A DNA stretch of 64,000 nt from Octopus sinensis. Its lineage: Eukaryota. Of the stretch, positions 1 to 13,004 are shown piece by piece. Below the pieces are notes generated by a model. That model made no database searches and had not been told where the DNA came from. It saw nothing but the letters and a program-made list of their open reading frames with translations. The stretch spans positions 56,358,001 through 56,422,000 of the forward strand of contig NC_043001.1 in NCBI RefSeq assembly GCF_006345805.1, written 5' to 3'. Position 1 is the stretch's first letter. Every line of letters begins with the position of its first letter. A program made the translations under genes and the position numbers.

Positions 1-920
1 GTCATATTAATACATATAATATTACCAGAAGTATTGCCATGGAATTTTCTCATTAAATCGCAAGTCAATCTCAAATTGATTCCATTTAATCAGTTTCTGC
101 TTGGGAAGGAAATTATACTGATGATTGAGCTGACTTCGATGCTGATTGTGTGGATTGTAGTGGTGGTGGTTGTTCTGATGGGAGTGGTGATAGTGTCAAT
201 GACGTTGGTAACTGTACGTGTCAATGGTGGTGTTGGTGCTGCATGTGTCGTCGGCGGTGATTCACTTCAGCAAGAGACGAATCCATTCTAAAGATAATCA
301 AATTATTGTTACTTATAATTTAATTACTGTCTGATGAAAGGTAAATGTTTGTTTTATTGACAGGAATATATTGGTGGAAATAATAGCCGATGGAAATGAG
401 AAACTCTATTAGTGACAACTGCAATAGTATCGGTTTAGTTCTTGCATTGATATTACAGTGGCTTGTCCAAAATCTTTCCAGCTTAAATGTCTACAGACAT
501 TACTAGAAGAAAGACAGATTTTGGAGAAATCCTTCATTTAAATGAATGTAATGAAAAACCCATGTAATAGGAACCACTGGTGGGTTTCCAGGGAAGTAAA
601 ATCACATTAAAGGTTCAATGCTTGGTTGTAACTTATATATTTCCAAGATGTGTGTGTGTGTGTGATATTTAGTCGTTTTCTATAGCTAGGATAAGAATGA
701 ATCTCATTATAAAGGTCTTACACTTGATGATCATCCGAGAGATAAATGTTTTAATAGTGATTGTAAAACATTTCATAGAGCGAGAAAACTATTGCAACGC
801 TGACTGTATGAAGGGTTGGTGCCTCTCAATACTTGATTACGTTTTGGGTTATAATTTTATATATTAAAGTGGCCGACTTTTACCTTTCATTATTTTGGGA
901 TTGAGAAGACGATGAAAGGT

Positions 921-1130
921 GCGGGCAGGCAGAATTATTTGAGAGTCGGAAAAAAGTGCATTAAGAATTTTTTTCCCGATTCATTTCGTTCTGAGTTCCC
1001 TTTCTACCGAGGTGCTCTTTGCCCTTCCACATTTCAACATCGATAAGATAAGTCCTAGTCAAGTAGTACTGGGGGATGCAAACAACTTACCCACTCCTCT
1101 AAAATTGCTGATTTTGTTTCAAAATTAGGA
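921..1130 (+). mobile_element. Diverged SINE copy (window family B)
   Basis: Degenerate match to the repeated motif gcagaatcgttagc...cgttctgagttcaaattcc...gaggtcgactttgcc...gtactgggg seen in cleaner copies at 51.0, 52.2, 56.1 and 63.1 kb. Confidence 0.4.
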
Positions 1131-1300
1131 AGAATTATTTTGTGATGGAGAAAATTACTATCGGTCATATCCTAGGGTTGGTTCAACTGACTATGCCTTC
1201 CGCAAACATATAATTCTTTTTTGCACCGGAAATTCATTCATATTGTTTTAGTTTGGGAATAATTTTTACATTCCAGTATAATTTATGCGCTTGACATTTC

Positions 1301-2000
1301 ATTGTGGTGTCATAATGAATATATTAAAACAACAGATTATGACGTCATAGTTCATATACTGAACAAAACATCATAGCCAACGGAATGGTTAATTTATTGC
1401 GATGTCATGATGAATATATTAAGCAATACAATCTGACATTATATGGTTGATATACAGAAGAATATATTGCGACGTCTTGGCTAATGTACGGAACAAAATA
1501 TTGCGACGTAATGGTTGATATAGCGATCAAAATACTGACATGATGGTCAATGTACAAAACGATGCACTGTGATACTATAGTGAAGTTGCCGGTGAATAAT
1601 ACATTGTGACGTCATGGTTAACATATGGAACAATACACTGCTGGATATTAATACATTGTGACATCAAGATTAACTTGATGGACAGTACATTATGACGTCA
1701 TGCTTAATGTATGGGATAGAAAAGATAATATATTGTGACATAGAGGTTAATATGAAGAAAAATTGATGAGACGTCTTGCTTAATCTGGACTATGTTTAAG
1801 GCGTTCTAGTTAATCGGCAGGGTGTATAAGATTGCTTACGTTTTTGATATGAGCAGAGATGCACCTTTGTACGTGTCATAAAATAGTTTGGCATGAAAAC
1901 ATTGAGACGTATAATAATTTCGCGTAACAATAGTCTGAACAATATGTTGTGACATCATGAACTGCGTTAGACTAATACGTTATGACGCTATAGTTGAAAT
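1301..2000. repeat. Degenerate ~33-35 bp minisatellite, consensus ~ATATTGTGACGTCATGGTTAATATACGGAACAA
   Basis: Roughly 15-20 diverged units. Perfect TGACGTCA at 1340-1347, 1607-1614 and 1693-1700, with variants (TGCGACGTC, TGTGACATC, TGAGACGTC) in other units. Confidence 0.7.
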
Positions 2001-2230
2001 GCTAGAGAACTTAGCAAATATCATACGAGGAAATAACTAAATAAGTTTTAAGAATAGCACCTACATCATGCACGAACCATAATATATAAATTTAGAAAGC
2101 TATTTAATCTGTAGGATTAGAGGAAGAGTAGGAAAACTCGAAAGAAGAGCATTTTCTAAAAAAATTTATGAAAAGCTTCTTTGGCGTTCAAGCCATTTTA
2201 TCTTAAGAGCCATAATTCTTTGTATGCGTG

Positions 2231-2762
<532 letters not shown>

Positions 2763-3639
2763 TTAATATATATATATCTTCGTATAAATTTACACACACA
2801 TGTATGCGTGTGTGTATGTATGTATGTATATGTGTGTATGTTTATGAAAGTGCAAAGAAAAGTACACTTCAAGATGCACTTTTAACTACATTAAATAAGC
2901 GAGTAGTGGAGGGAAATAACGTGGGATGGTAAAAGTGTGTCTTATACCGAAAACAAAAGTGGTTGACGTATAAAATAGCTTGCCAGATATGAGCTGCAGT
3001 GTTTTATTGTACAGTGTAAACAGAAAAGTTTGTTAGAAATCCATTGTAAAATGTGTTCGATATGTTTGTTCATCGAGATTTACCATTTTGTCGTCTGGTA
3101 TCTAAATATGTAGATTTCCTGTGACATATCTGAATCTAATATCTCATTCAACTGGATTTATTTTAGTTGTACACATCGACTTGTGTAAGTCGGATTGAAA
3201 GAAATCTTAATCGGGCTCTGTCGTGCAGCCCTAAACAAGAGTGATAGCAATCGAACATCAAATTTAGTGACAACAAAGAGAATGCATAGACATTTTCTTA
3301 CACTCACACACACATACACACACACACATGCACACACACATACACACACACACATACATACACACACACTATTCAAGAGAGAAACCAGCGCCCTTGACTC
3401 GTAATAGGTAGGAGGAATGGTAGGAGAAACAGAAGAATCCTTTAAAAGGTAACTTGGCCTCAATGCTTGCAACAGAATAGATTTTCCTAAAGTCGCTCAA
3501 AGTGTCAGGTAATAATGCTAAACTGGATGACGGGTTAGGTGTACTAGCCAATTCAGTCCATGGCGGAATTTAAACTCAGAACACATTCTGCTCGGTATCC
3601 AGACTGACGTTTTCAATTTTCGCCACTTCACTGCCTTAG

Positions 3640-3775
3640 ATTTGTACTTATATTTTATCGATCCCTAAAGAATAAAAGCCCATGTAGACCTTGGTGGAAT
3701 TTTAACTGAGATTGCTATCAGGCAAAACAAATACCGCAAACAGCTTGTCCGACGATTTAACGATTCTGTCATTTC
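3640..3775 (-). mobile_element. Diverged SINE copy (family B)
   Basis: Reverse-complement match: gtactt..ttttatcgatcc..aaag.at.aaag...gaccttggtggaattt.aactgag...aaataccgc.aa...aacgattctg. Confidence 0.45.
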
Positions 3776-4348
3776 CCGGTTATTGTATTCGATTATGTAA
3801 GCAGCGTCCATTACATGACTGTAAAAAGGTCGTCATTATACATGAGCTAAAATCATTGACAACTTTCGAAATCCATATAAAAACGAAAAAGAGAAAAAAA
3901 CAAAGCAAGAAGGAAAACAGTTAAAAAGTAAACTTCTTCACTGCCACAAATTGAAGATGCAAGATAAGGGTAGAATGGAGGGAAAGGAAAGGAGACAGTC
4001 GTGTGAGGTTATGACATACCCCCACCACCATCGTATAGGATTTATTTTAATGCATTTTGAATTTTACTTGATGTGAAATTTACTTAGTGAGATATATGGC
4101 TATTAAATACTACGCATTTTTTGTTCGTCACCTAATTATAATTTTTCGGTTGCACTTTTTCTGTACAGATGGTTGGAGGAATTTAACGAAAAATATTGGA
4201 GGAGATGGTATACGGATTGCAGGGATAGGAGAAGTATGTGTACAACGTAGGAATGGCTTAGGTTGCCAAGGACCCTGGTGCTTGCCTAGAAGTGCTGCAA
4301 CATAGTATACCTTCTCACTACATATATATATATATATATAGTGTGTAT

Positions 4349-4381
<33 letters not shown>

Positions 4382-4548
4382 TTGTGTGTGTGTGTGTTTG
4401 CGTAGGCGAACTCTGTAACGTAGTATGCGTGGTATAGATATCACTGAGCATTTAAACTCATTCATCGAGGGCTAATGACGCCTGCGTTGAAAATTAACTT
4501 CAAGTACGATCCCTGTTGAGCTTTTTTGTAGGCCGATAAACAGAAGTG

Positions 4549-4719
4549 GGCAGGAGTGGCTGTGTGGTAAGTAGCTTGCTTACGAACCACATGGTTCCGG
4601 GTTCAGTCCCACTGCGTGGCACCTTGGGCAAGTGTCTTCTACTATAACCTCGGGCCGACCAAAGACTTGTGAGTGGATTTGGTAGACGGAAACTAAAAGA
4701 AGCCTGTCGTATATATGTG

Positions 4720-4800
<81 letters not shown>

Positions 4801-5019
4801 TGTATGTCTGTGTGTCTGTATTTGTCCCCCTAGCATTGCTTGACAACCGATGCTGGTGTGTTTATGTCCCCGTCACTTAGTGGTTCTGCAAAAGAGACCG
4901 ATAGAATAAGTACTGGGCTTACAAAGAATAAGTCCCATGGTCGAGTTGCTCGATTAAAGGCAGTGCTCCAGCATGGCCGCAGTCAAATGACTGAAACAAG
5001 TAAAAGAGTAAAAGAGTAA
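4549..5019 (+). mobile_element. tRNA-derived SINE (window family A), full length
   Basis: A-box-like TGGCTGTGTGG, B-box-like GGTTCAGTCCC, internal (TA)n and (AAAGAGT)n tail. Homologous copies at 22.3, 53.9 and 57.7 kb. Confidence 0.85.
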
Positions 5020-5029
5020 GAGAAGTAGT

Positions 5030-6150
5030 TTTAATTCGGATATTAACATGGAATACAAAATACAGATTACAGAATAAAGTATACAAGGTTATGTAATAAT
5101 CTTAACTTGCCACCGTTTTCGAGTGCACCATGGTTATGCCGCAACTATGTCCATACGTAATAGATGCGAATGATTTGTTAGATTAAATGAGGCTACCCTC
5201 TTTGGAAGAAGAATAGCAAAGTCGTATGCCAAAACAGTTTGTACAAATATAAAGGTTTATAGAGTTCATAAAGGTTTATAGAATTGGGGAGCAAGTAAAG
5301 TGTTCGGGGGGGAAAAGGAATGGTTAGAGAGGTGGGATGGTTAAAGAGAAAACAGCAGGCAGGGGATATCACTTGAAAATCAAAGAGAGCGTAGATAAAG
5401 TCTATTGTGCTAGACTCTAAAGTCTATTGTGCTAGAGTTATAGGAAGTTAGTACAGAACAGCGGAAAGGCAAGTAGTAAAAATCAGAATGGAGATAGCAA
5501 GATATAAAGGAAGAGAGTCAGGCGCATTAATAAGAGATGGGGTTGGAGTGGGAGACTATGGGACAAGAGGCTAGTTTATACAGTGAAAATTATGTAGTGT
5601 AAGATTTGTACTATTTATGACGCCACACATAAGTAGTCGATTTAGTAGAGTGGCCTCATCGTTGCGCAATACAGTGTGGTGTGATTGACAAACGTGCTGA
5701 CCTGCAGTGTAGGTGCTTCCGCTACAAAGAATGGACCAGGTCAGGTTATAGGGTATTCCCTCGTCCATGGCGGTAGATTGTTTCGTGGTGCTCAGGTGTG
5801 CAAGGTAGAGTCGATTAAAACCAATCGTACTTCCAAAGTACGTGTGTGCGTAGTGTGGTGCCTATACATTTATACACAACATTATAGCGTAAGCAATTAC
5901 CATGTTATGGACAATTTGGGGTACTCTGTGCTTACAAATTATCTTATACAAGGTAAACTATGGTGTCTTATACGTTCAGTGGCAGTCAGCACTATCATCA
6001 GTCTTATAGGTGGGAATAGGCTTGCTGACGTCACCGTTACCAATGTGGAAAGAGTTAACGCTTTTACGATGAGGTAAGTTTGTCTTGTATCTTATATTCC
6101 ATTTAAATTTCCTTGTGTTTATCGGCTTCCATGTTTTTCTTTCGCTCTCT
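5030..6150 (-). mobile_element. Decayed Penelope-like element 3' part (Cys linker + GIY-YIG + 3' UTR)
   Basis: Minus-strand frames read PNCP*HGNCLRYNVVYKC, then (frameshift) TYFGSTIGFNRLYLAHL...GIPYNLTWSILCSGSTYTAGQHVC. This parallels the GIY-YIG domain of the PLE at 18.7-19.0 kb. Confidence 0.65.
5106..5208 (-). ncRNA. Decayed type I hammerhead ribozyme relic
   Basis: Minus strand: ctt-CCAAAGA-GGGT...(~70 nt)...ACTC-GAAA-A-CGGT-GGC-aag. Stems I and II pair. The core differs from CUGAAGA by two transitions and the cleavage triplet is GGC instead of GUC. Confidence 0.4.
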
Positions 6151-6259
6151 TTATAGAGATATACACACATGCCAGCGCACACATACACACAAATATTTAT
6201 CGTTGATGTCATAAAATTTTATAGACTTTTGTGAGAAATAATCATTTTTGAAATAATGC

Positions 6260-6428
6260 TTCTTGAAGTACATTACATACAGCTATAAATAATAGCATGC
6301 AAATATTGGATTGAAAAACTCTTTTCAATAGAAGAAAACAGAAAGCTGCCTTCAACATTTTCTATTCAAAAGGTTTTTCAACCCAATATTTAGTATTATT
6401 TATAGCAGTATGTGATTTACTTCGAGAA
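6260..6428. repeat. Foldback / MITE-like inverted repeat (~70-bp arms, ~20-bp spacer)
   Basis: ttcttgaagtacattacatacagctataaataata...aaatattggattgaaaaactcttttcaatagaa versus the reverse complement of the right arm, ttctcgaagtaaatcacatactgctataaataata...aaatattgggttgaaaaaccttttgaatagaa. Confidence 0.7.
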
Positions 6429-6497
6429 CCACTATTCTACAATATATATATATGTTTTTTGCAGGTGTGTGTGTGTGTGTGTGTATATGCACATAAG

Positions 6498-6890
<393 letters not shown>

Positions 6891-7859
6891 ATGTGTGTGT
6901 GTGCGCGCGTGCGCGAGTGTGCAAAAATCTGTGCCGCCTGTACCAATGAATTACATAGTTCATGATGTCAGGGGCCATATTTCGGTGAATGTCTCTGACT
7001 ATTGAAAGACATCTGCGTTTCAAAGTTATTTCATGCTTGGCTGAACAGTTTGTTTTCCGTATAAAGGAAACTCTGTGATTAAAATTTTTATGGGAAGAAT
7101 TTCTCAACAGACGTTTTTTACTTCGCCAAATATTTTGTTATTCATCAGGACTTCTGCTGAACTTGAGAAAGATGGATGGCATAGATAAATCTCCTCGGTA
7201 GTTTTCGATGGAAACAATTACTTTAGTCTACTATATATATATATATAATATATATATATATTATATATATATATATATGCGTGTGTGTGTGTGTGTAGCA
7301 GAGTTGACTGTGCTGAGAGATAGAGAAAGATAAAGCTAAGGTGATGGATGGAGTATATGGGTGGGTGAGAGAAAGAATGAATGTATCAAGTTAAGGAACG
7401 TCGCTCCTATCATCAACATCATCTGCGACCCTTCCTTTCTCTTTCTCCTAATCTACATCATCACCAGCTTCGCCATAGTCATCGTCAGCATCAGCTTATT
7501 GTCAATTGAATTAATTCTCGCATTTAACTTTTATATTTGGTAAATTATGCCAATAAGCTTTATAAAGCAATGATGGTCCTTGTAAATTTTTTTTATGCAA
7601 ATCGAATAGAGATAAAGTTTAATATAGTTCAGTTTTTATTCCCTGATTTAGTCTGTGTCATCTTTTACACTGTCTTCAGTCATTGGATAACTACCATATT
7701 GGAGCAAAATCTGTTATGTTTCCTTTTAACTATTCAGCAGTACGCGGTACACACATTACCCGTCTCCAATAAGCCAAGAATTTGTAGATAGTTATTTCGT
7801 TTTAATGTTATACCATTACACATATACATATAACACACGTATGCGACGGACTTTAACAC

Positions 7860-7992
7860 CATTTTCATGTACCAGGTTTAATTGTAGAGGCTATGATAGT
7901 AAAACATTTGCACCAAGATTTCGACCAATGAATTCAAACTGGGAAGCTCGTGATTGTGAAGCAAACAACTTTACCACACAGATATGCTTGCA
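7860..7992 (-). mobile_element. Diverged 5' head of SINE family A
   Basis: Reverse complement gcatatctgtgtggtaaagttgtttgcttcacaatcacgagcttcccagtttgaattc resembles the head of the 4549 copy. Confidence 0.4.
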
Positions 7993-8471
7993 TTTTCCGT
8001 ATAGATATTATCTTCTATGAATTATCAAAAAATATTGTAGTATTATTATATCAATATAATACTCTATAGATACTAAGGCACCTCGTGTGGATGTAATATT
8101 CTTGAATGCGATGCTATCTTTTATCGATATTAAGATATCTTGTTTCTATATTATTATATTTGTTAAGGATGTATGCATATACTAGTGAAGGCACAAACGT
8201 AACAATAGTCTTATTACAGGTAGAATTTGCTTTTATGTAATATGTACTAAAAGCACGTTTCAAATTTTTGCATCATATTCTTGTGTAGGATTTAATGAAT
8301 GACAGTGAACATAGAAAGTATGATATACATACTTATGTCTTTCTTCTACACTAATGCTAACAGAGGCACACATGTACACGTATACACAGACACACACAAA
8401 CACACACATATCCACACACTCAGACACGAACAGACATATGCATATATAAATGTGTGTGGTTGTGCGAGTGC

Positions 8472-8559
<88 letters not shown>

Positions 8560-8648
8560 GCTTGTATGTATATACACACACACGCACAATTATTCATACA
8601 TACAGTCATACGTACATGCATACATACATACATACATACATACATACA

Positions 8649-8680
<32 letters not shown>

Positions 8681-8684
8681 ATGT

Positions 8685-8728
<44 letters not shown>

Positions 8729-11469
8729 ATATTATATATATATTACTGTAGTGTGTGCCTCTGAATGTGCTAAGAAGATAACATCTATGCATAATAAAGT
8801 GCAATAATCGCTGTGCGTTTAAAATGTATAATTTAATAACTACGCGACACTGGTTTCGAAACCATCCTACTGTTTGGAATTTTGGGGATGTGTTTTTATT
8901 ACGATAGCTATGACGAATATATTTCTAATGAGATTTAGGAGAGGGAAACCCTGGTGCACCGCACACACATGTATGTTTACATATGAAGCCCATACGGACA
9001 ATGTGTTTTGGGCTAAGTTCGACAATTTGCATAAAAGGAAATGGAAACGATATCCCATTCAAAAACATATGATTGGGATATAACAGTTTACTCAAAATAG
9101 CCCTCAATTTCCACCACGGCTGCAGGAAGGCTCAGGAACCTGGCACTTACGTTCTTTATTATGTCTGCGGGAAGATTTTTGAGCACCTCCTTGTTCTTAG
9201 CTACTGCCAGCTTGGTAGTGACGACTATGACTTCGAGACACAGTCGTAACTAATCGTTCGCCACTTCACCCTCCGTCATCCGAACCAACTTCTCCTGTGT
9301 CTGATCTGTTGATCGTACATCGAGAGCAGGAATTTATTTTCTCTCCCCATTTCTCAGTCCCTCATGCTCTCAATTCTTCAGCTCTCTTCAATTAAACCCA
9401 CTTTTACCCACATTTACATACATCTCCCACATTCCACTGCCCCTCCACGTCTACCAACCCTCACGCACCTTCCCTACCATTTTATACACACTACCTACAT
9501 CACACACACCTTTATTTCCCAACAGCATATGCACACACACACACACATGCAAAAACACACACCTTCCCACTCGACACATGCTAGCACTCACACTCCCACT
9601 TCTCCACCCCACCCCCACACAGTAGCATGTATATAGTGACACACCCACATCTCCCAACCTCTCCCTCCTGCCACCCCTATTCCACCTGGCACATTCATCC
9701 CGGTCGACCCACATACACCTCCTACAACACATACATACACCAGATAGCTTCACACGCATACACAATATATGCACACGCATATCAGTTTCATACATGCACA
9801 CAATATCCAACAGCCCCATATATATATACATACACTAATTGATGACTGTGTTACGCACACTTGCTTGTATACGTATACGTACATAAACATACACATTATT
9901 CACTCATAAAAACACATAATATACACGCACACAACCGTGTCACACGTAGCAAAAAAAATGTACCGTGGATGCACTATTTTGAAAACGCCATATACACCGA
10001 CCAATTGACAACTGGGATACGCACACTCCTTCACAGACATGCACATACATAAACACACACACTATTCACTCATAAACACACGGAATACACACGCACATAG
10101 CAGTATCACACGCAGCGAACGAATGTACTCCGGATGCAGTACTTGGAAACACCTAATTTCTAAATATTCTAGCATATTCCATTCCATCTCAGAATCTCGC
10201 AGTACGCAACAGTTTTGTGGAACATCGGCTGAAGACAGTTGCTGTATATGATCTCACATAGAAAACTAAGTGTGTTGGTCATGCACTATCGGTGATACTG
10301 TTTGAACCATTATCACTTAAAACAACATTCTGATATCGGGAGCAGGAAGCTACAAATAGGTAGTGGCGGATTTTAAGTTAAAATCCAGAATCCGGAGGAA
10401 ACTGGTAATCGATTTTGTTGGCAAGAATAAATACTCGCCTCACAGCAGTCGAAATTTAACTCTTCTATGACTTTAAGGGCAATTGTCATCCTATGCACCA
10501 TAGTCTTTATCAATCAATTTTCAGTGAACGTTGTGCGCATGATCAGATATAAACAACTTTTCTTTAGATACAATAATTTCTGGGATTGAAATTGTGTAGT
10601 CAGCAGGACTAGTTTAATCAGATTTCAACAGAAATTGTGTAGGCCTTTTAAATTCACTATAACCAAAGGTTTAAAATTGGACAAATCGAGCATGTAGTTT
10701 GATCGATCACTGCTGCAATGACAGATCTTGGTTCAATGCTGTACCACAGAACATATCGCTAATATATATTTTCTAACAATCTAATCGCGACACCATCACC
10801 GGTTCTGACACTGTTATTCTATATATCGCTGGCAGAGGGGATGAATCATTACTATCTCTAACGACTGAGTGTCCATCACTGACAAAACGAAGGACGGTCG
10901 AAATCACATGATCTGGAGGTTTCGGCGCTGGAGGTGACAATTGTTTATTTTCTCGCTAGCGATATAAACAAGAGTGTATTTGGCACCAAAAGTCAGTATG
11001 AGAGTTTTTGTGGTGGTATCTACTGCAGTATAATTTGTTCTTACAGAACATCCGCGTTTATGTGAGGATAAAATATTACCTCCCCTTATTTTTAGAGTTT
11101 TAGCCAGGGCTAAACAATTTGTCTTTATAAACAATATCTTGTAAAATCAAAAAAGAGACAGCAGTTGGAGTAGTTTCTAGCCTATATAGGGATTTCAACG
11201 GCTACTCTATACCCTCTTTATCTGTCTACGTGACACTGATTATGAGAGCACTATTAGTGAGGGGTTAAGAACAGTGGATACACAATTTTCACATATAACA
11301 CATTCATGACAGCTAGTTTCGATCAGTAACTTGTTCCTACGTTAAGAGTGCTTTGTTCCTCCTAATTTTAAAGAAAATTGAAATGAGAACTTAGGATTTC
11401 AGTTGGTCAGGCGAAAAATCTTAAACTTTTTATTATACCTGACTTCTGAGAATATTGTTGTGTACACAA

Positions 11470-12005
11470 GAATGAGATGAAGAGACAGAAATTGTTAGAG
11501 GAATGTACTTATGTGTGAGAAACAGAATGCGGGAGAGAGAGAAAGAGAGAGGGAGAGAGAGAGAGAGAGTCAGAGGGGAAGGAGAAATGAGAGCGTGAGA
11601 GAGAAAGAGAAATACAGTGATATAGTTCAAGATGAAGAGAGGTATAGAGTGTGAAATATATGTAAGTAAGATATATAGTGGGAAAGACAGATACAGGAAA
11701 AACTAATACAGACAAACATAGAAACAAATATATGCAGAGAAAAATATGAGAATAGAGAAGAAAAAGACGAAGAGGCAAATGAGAGGAGAAGAAGAAAGAT
11801 AGAATTGAAAGAGAAAAAAGAGAGAAATAGAACGAGGCTGGAAGATAAAGTGTGATAAAGAATGAAGGCAGAACAGAAGACAGAAGAAAGTGAAGGAGGG
11901 CGTGTGAGTGGGATAGAGTGATATTCGGAGGGACGGAGAAGAAAAAGAGAGTAAGACAGGGTGAGAGAGGAAGAGAGAAAGAGAGAGAGAGAAGGAGAGA
12001 GAAAA
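11470..12005. repeat. GA-rich polypurine low-complexity tract
   Basis: Strongly G/A-biased plus strand with (GA)n runs. Confidence 0.85.
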
Positions 12006-12433
12006 TGACTGTTTCCTAGTTTCTAATATATTTATGATAATCAGTTGCAACAATAAAAGAAATAATTAGTTGTTTCTTTCATTAAAAATCTTCAAGATTT
12101 CCAAATTAAAGCATTCAATTAATTTCAGGCAGCTGAGGTGTTGAAATAGTGGCATCAAAACACAGGATCCCCGAAGGACTTCATAAAGACACACACGAGA
12201 CAAAATGACGGAACAAGAAATGCAGAAAGGCCAGAAGGTCAACAACCACAGCAACCATGATGATAAGGACCATAAAATCCAGAAATAAGAAACAAAATAA
12301 CTTGCATTTGTTATTGGATTGTCTGTAATTTTCTTCTTCTTCTTCTTCTTCTTCTTCTTCTTCTTCTTCTTCTTCTTCTTCTTCTTCTTCTTCTTCTTCT
12401 CTTCTTCTTCTTCTTCTTCTTCTTCTTCTTCTT

Positions 12434-12777
12434 CGTTACATTAGGATCTTCTTTCAATTCTGTTTTCATTTCTTGCTGTGTGTCTTCCTGACACCTAGGG
12501 CAGGAAGCCTCGACTTCCTTGAGCTCTGGACAGGTAAAGATGATCTGTGTCTGCTTTGGGTGGTGCATCTTATTGCAAGTCAGCAGCTTACGGATTTTCC
12601 TGTCAATCTTCCTTCCTTCGCTCATATTCCAGTTCAACACTTTGAAACTGCAAATAAAAACCGGAACTGCTAAAGAATTTATAGCTAACACCTAGTTACG
12701 GGCATTTAACTCGGATTTTAGGACTGCTCGAACTGTCCTGTGACATTCCTACCTGATCTTCTCTTCCATGCTTGCGC

Positions 12778-12779
<2 letters not shown>
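12434..12779 (-). mobile_element. R4/Dong-like LINE fragment (RT thumb region), 5' end abutting (TAA)n
   Basis: Minus strand: VRAVLKSELNARN*VLAINSLAVPVFICSFKVLNWNMSEGRKIDRKIRKLLTCNKMHHPK. Homologous to the elements at 43.2 and 47.9 kb. Confidence 0.75.
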
Positions 12780-12836
<57 letters not shown>

Positions 12837-12862
12837 TATTATTATTATTATTATTATTATTA

Positions 12863-12909
<47 letters not shown>
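12780..12909. repeat. (ATT)n microsatellite
   Basis: Directly visible. Confidence 0.95.
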
Positions 12910-12910
12910 G

Positions 12911-13003
12911 AATGAGAGATCAGTGCTTGTCATCAAAGCGGCACTGGGGTAAAATATACGTAGCCCAGTATACCCATCCTGACTACCCGTCTGATAAGGG
13001 TAC
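12911..13003 (-). mobile_element. Terminal ~90-bp fragment of the ~550-bp non-coding repeat (window family D)
   Basis: gagagatcagtgc...cactggggtaaaatatacg.agcccagtatacccatc.tgactacccgtctgataagggtac matches 51372-51465 and 61604-61690. Orientation is inferred. Confidence 0.75.
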
Positions 13004-13004
13004 A

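Noticed and set aside
34-291. 85-aa Val-rich ORF and His/Thr-rich reverse frames
   Set aside because: Degenerate trinucleotide-like sequence, no recognisable domain and no convincing splice context.
326-460. CTGATGA at 331 as a hammerhead core
   Set aside because: No pairing stem II adjacent to a GAAA and no valid stem III.
5960-6010. Minus-strand CTGATGA-TAGTG..CACT-GAAC
   Set aside because: It is flanked by direct rather than inverted repeats (tataagac), so stem I cannot form. It has GAAC instead of GAAA and lies in the PLE coding remnant.
9880-10156. ~165-bp degenerate tandem duplication
   Set aside because: Two CA-rich units only, with no functional signature.
11080-11137. Minus-strand 58-nt segment with AG/GT boundaries (DIVYKDKLFSPG* or ILFIKTNCL...)
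   Set aside because: Splice-like signals only, with no homology clue and no partner exon.
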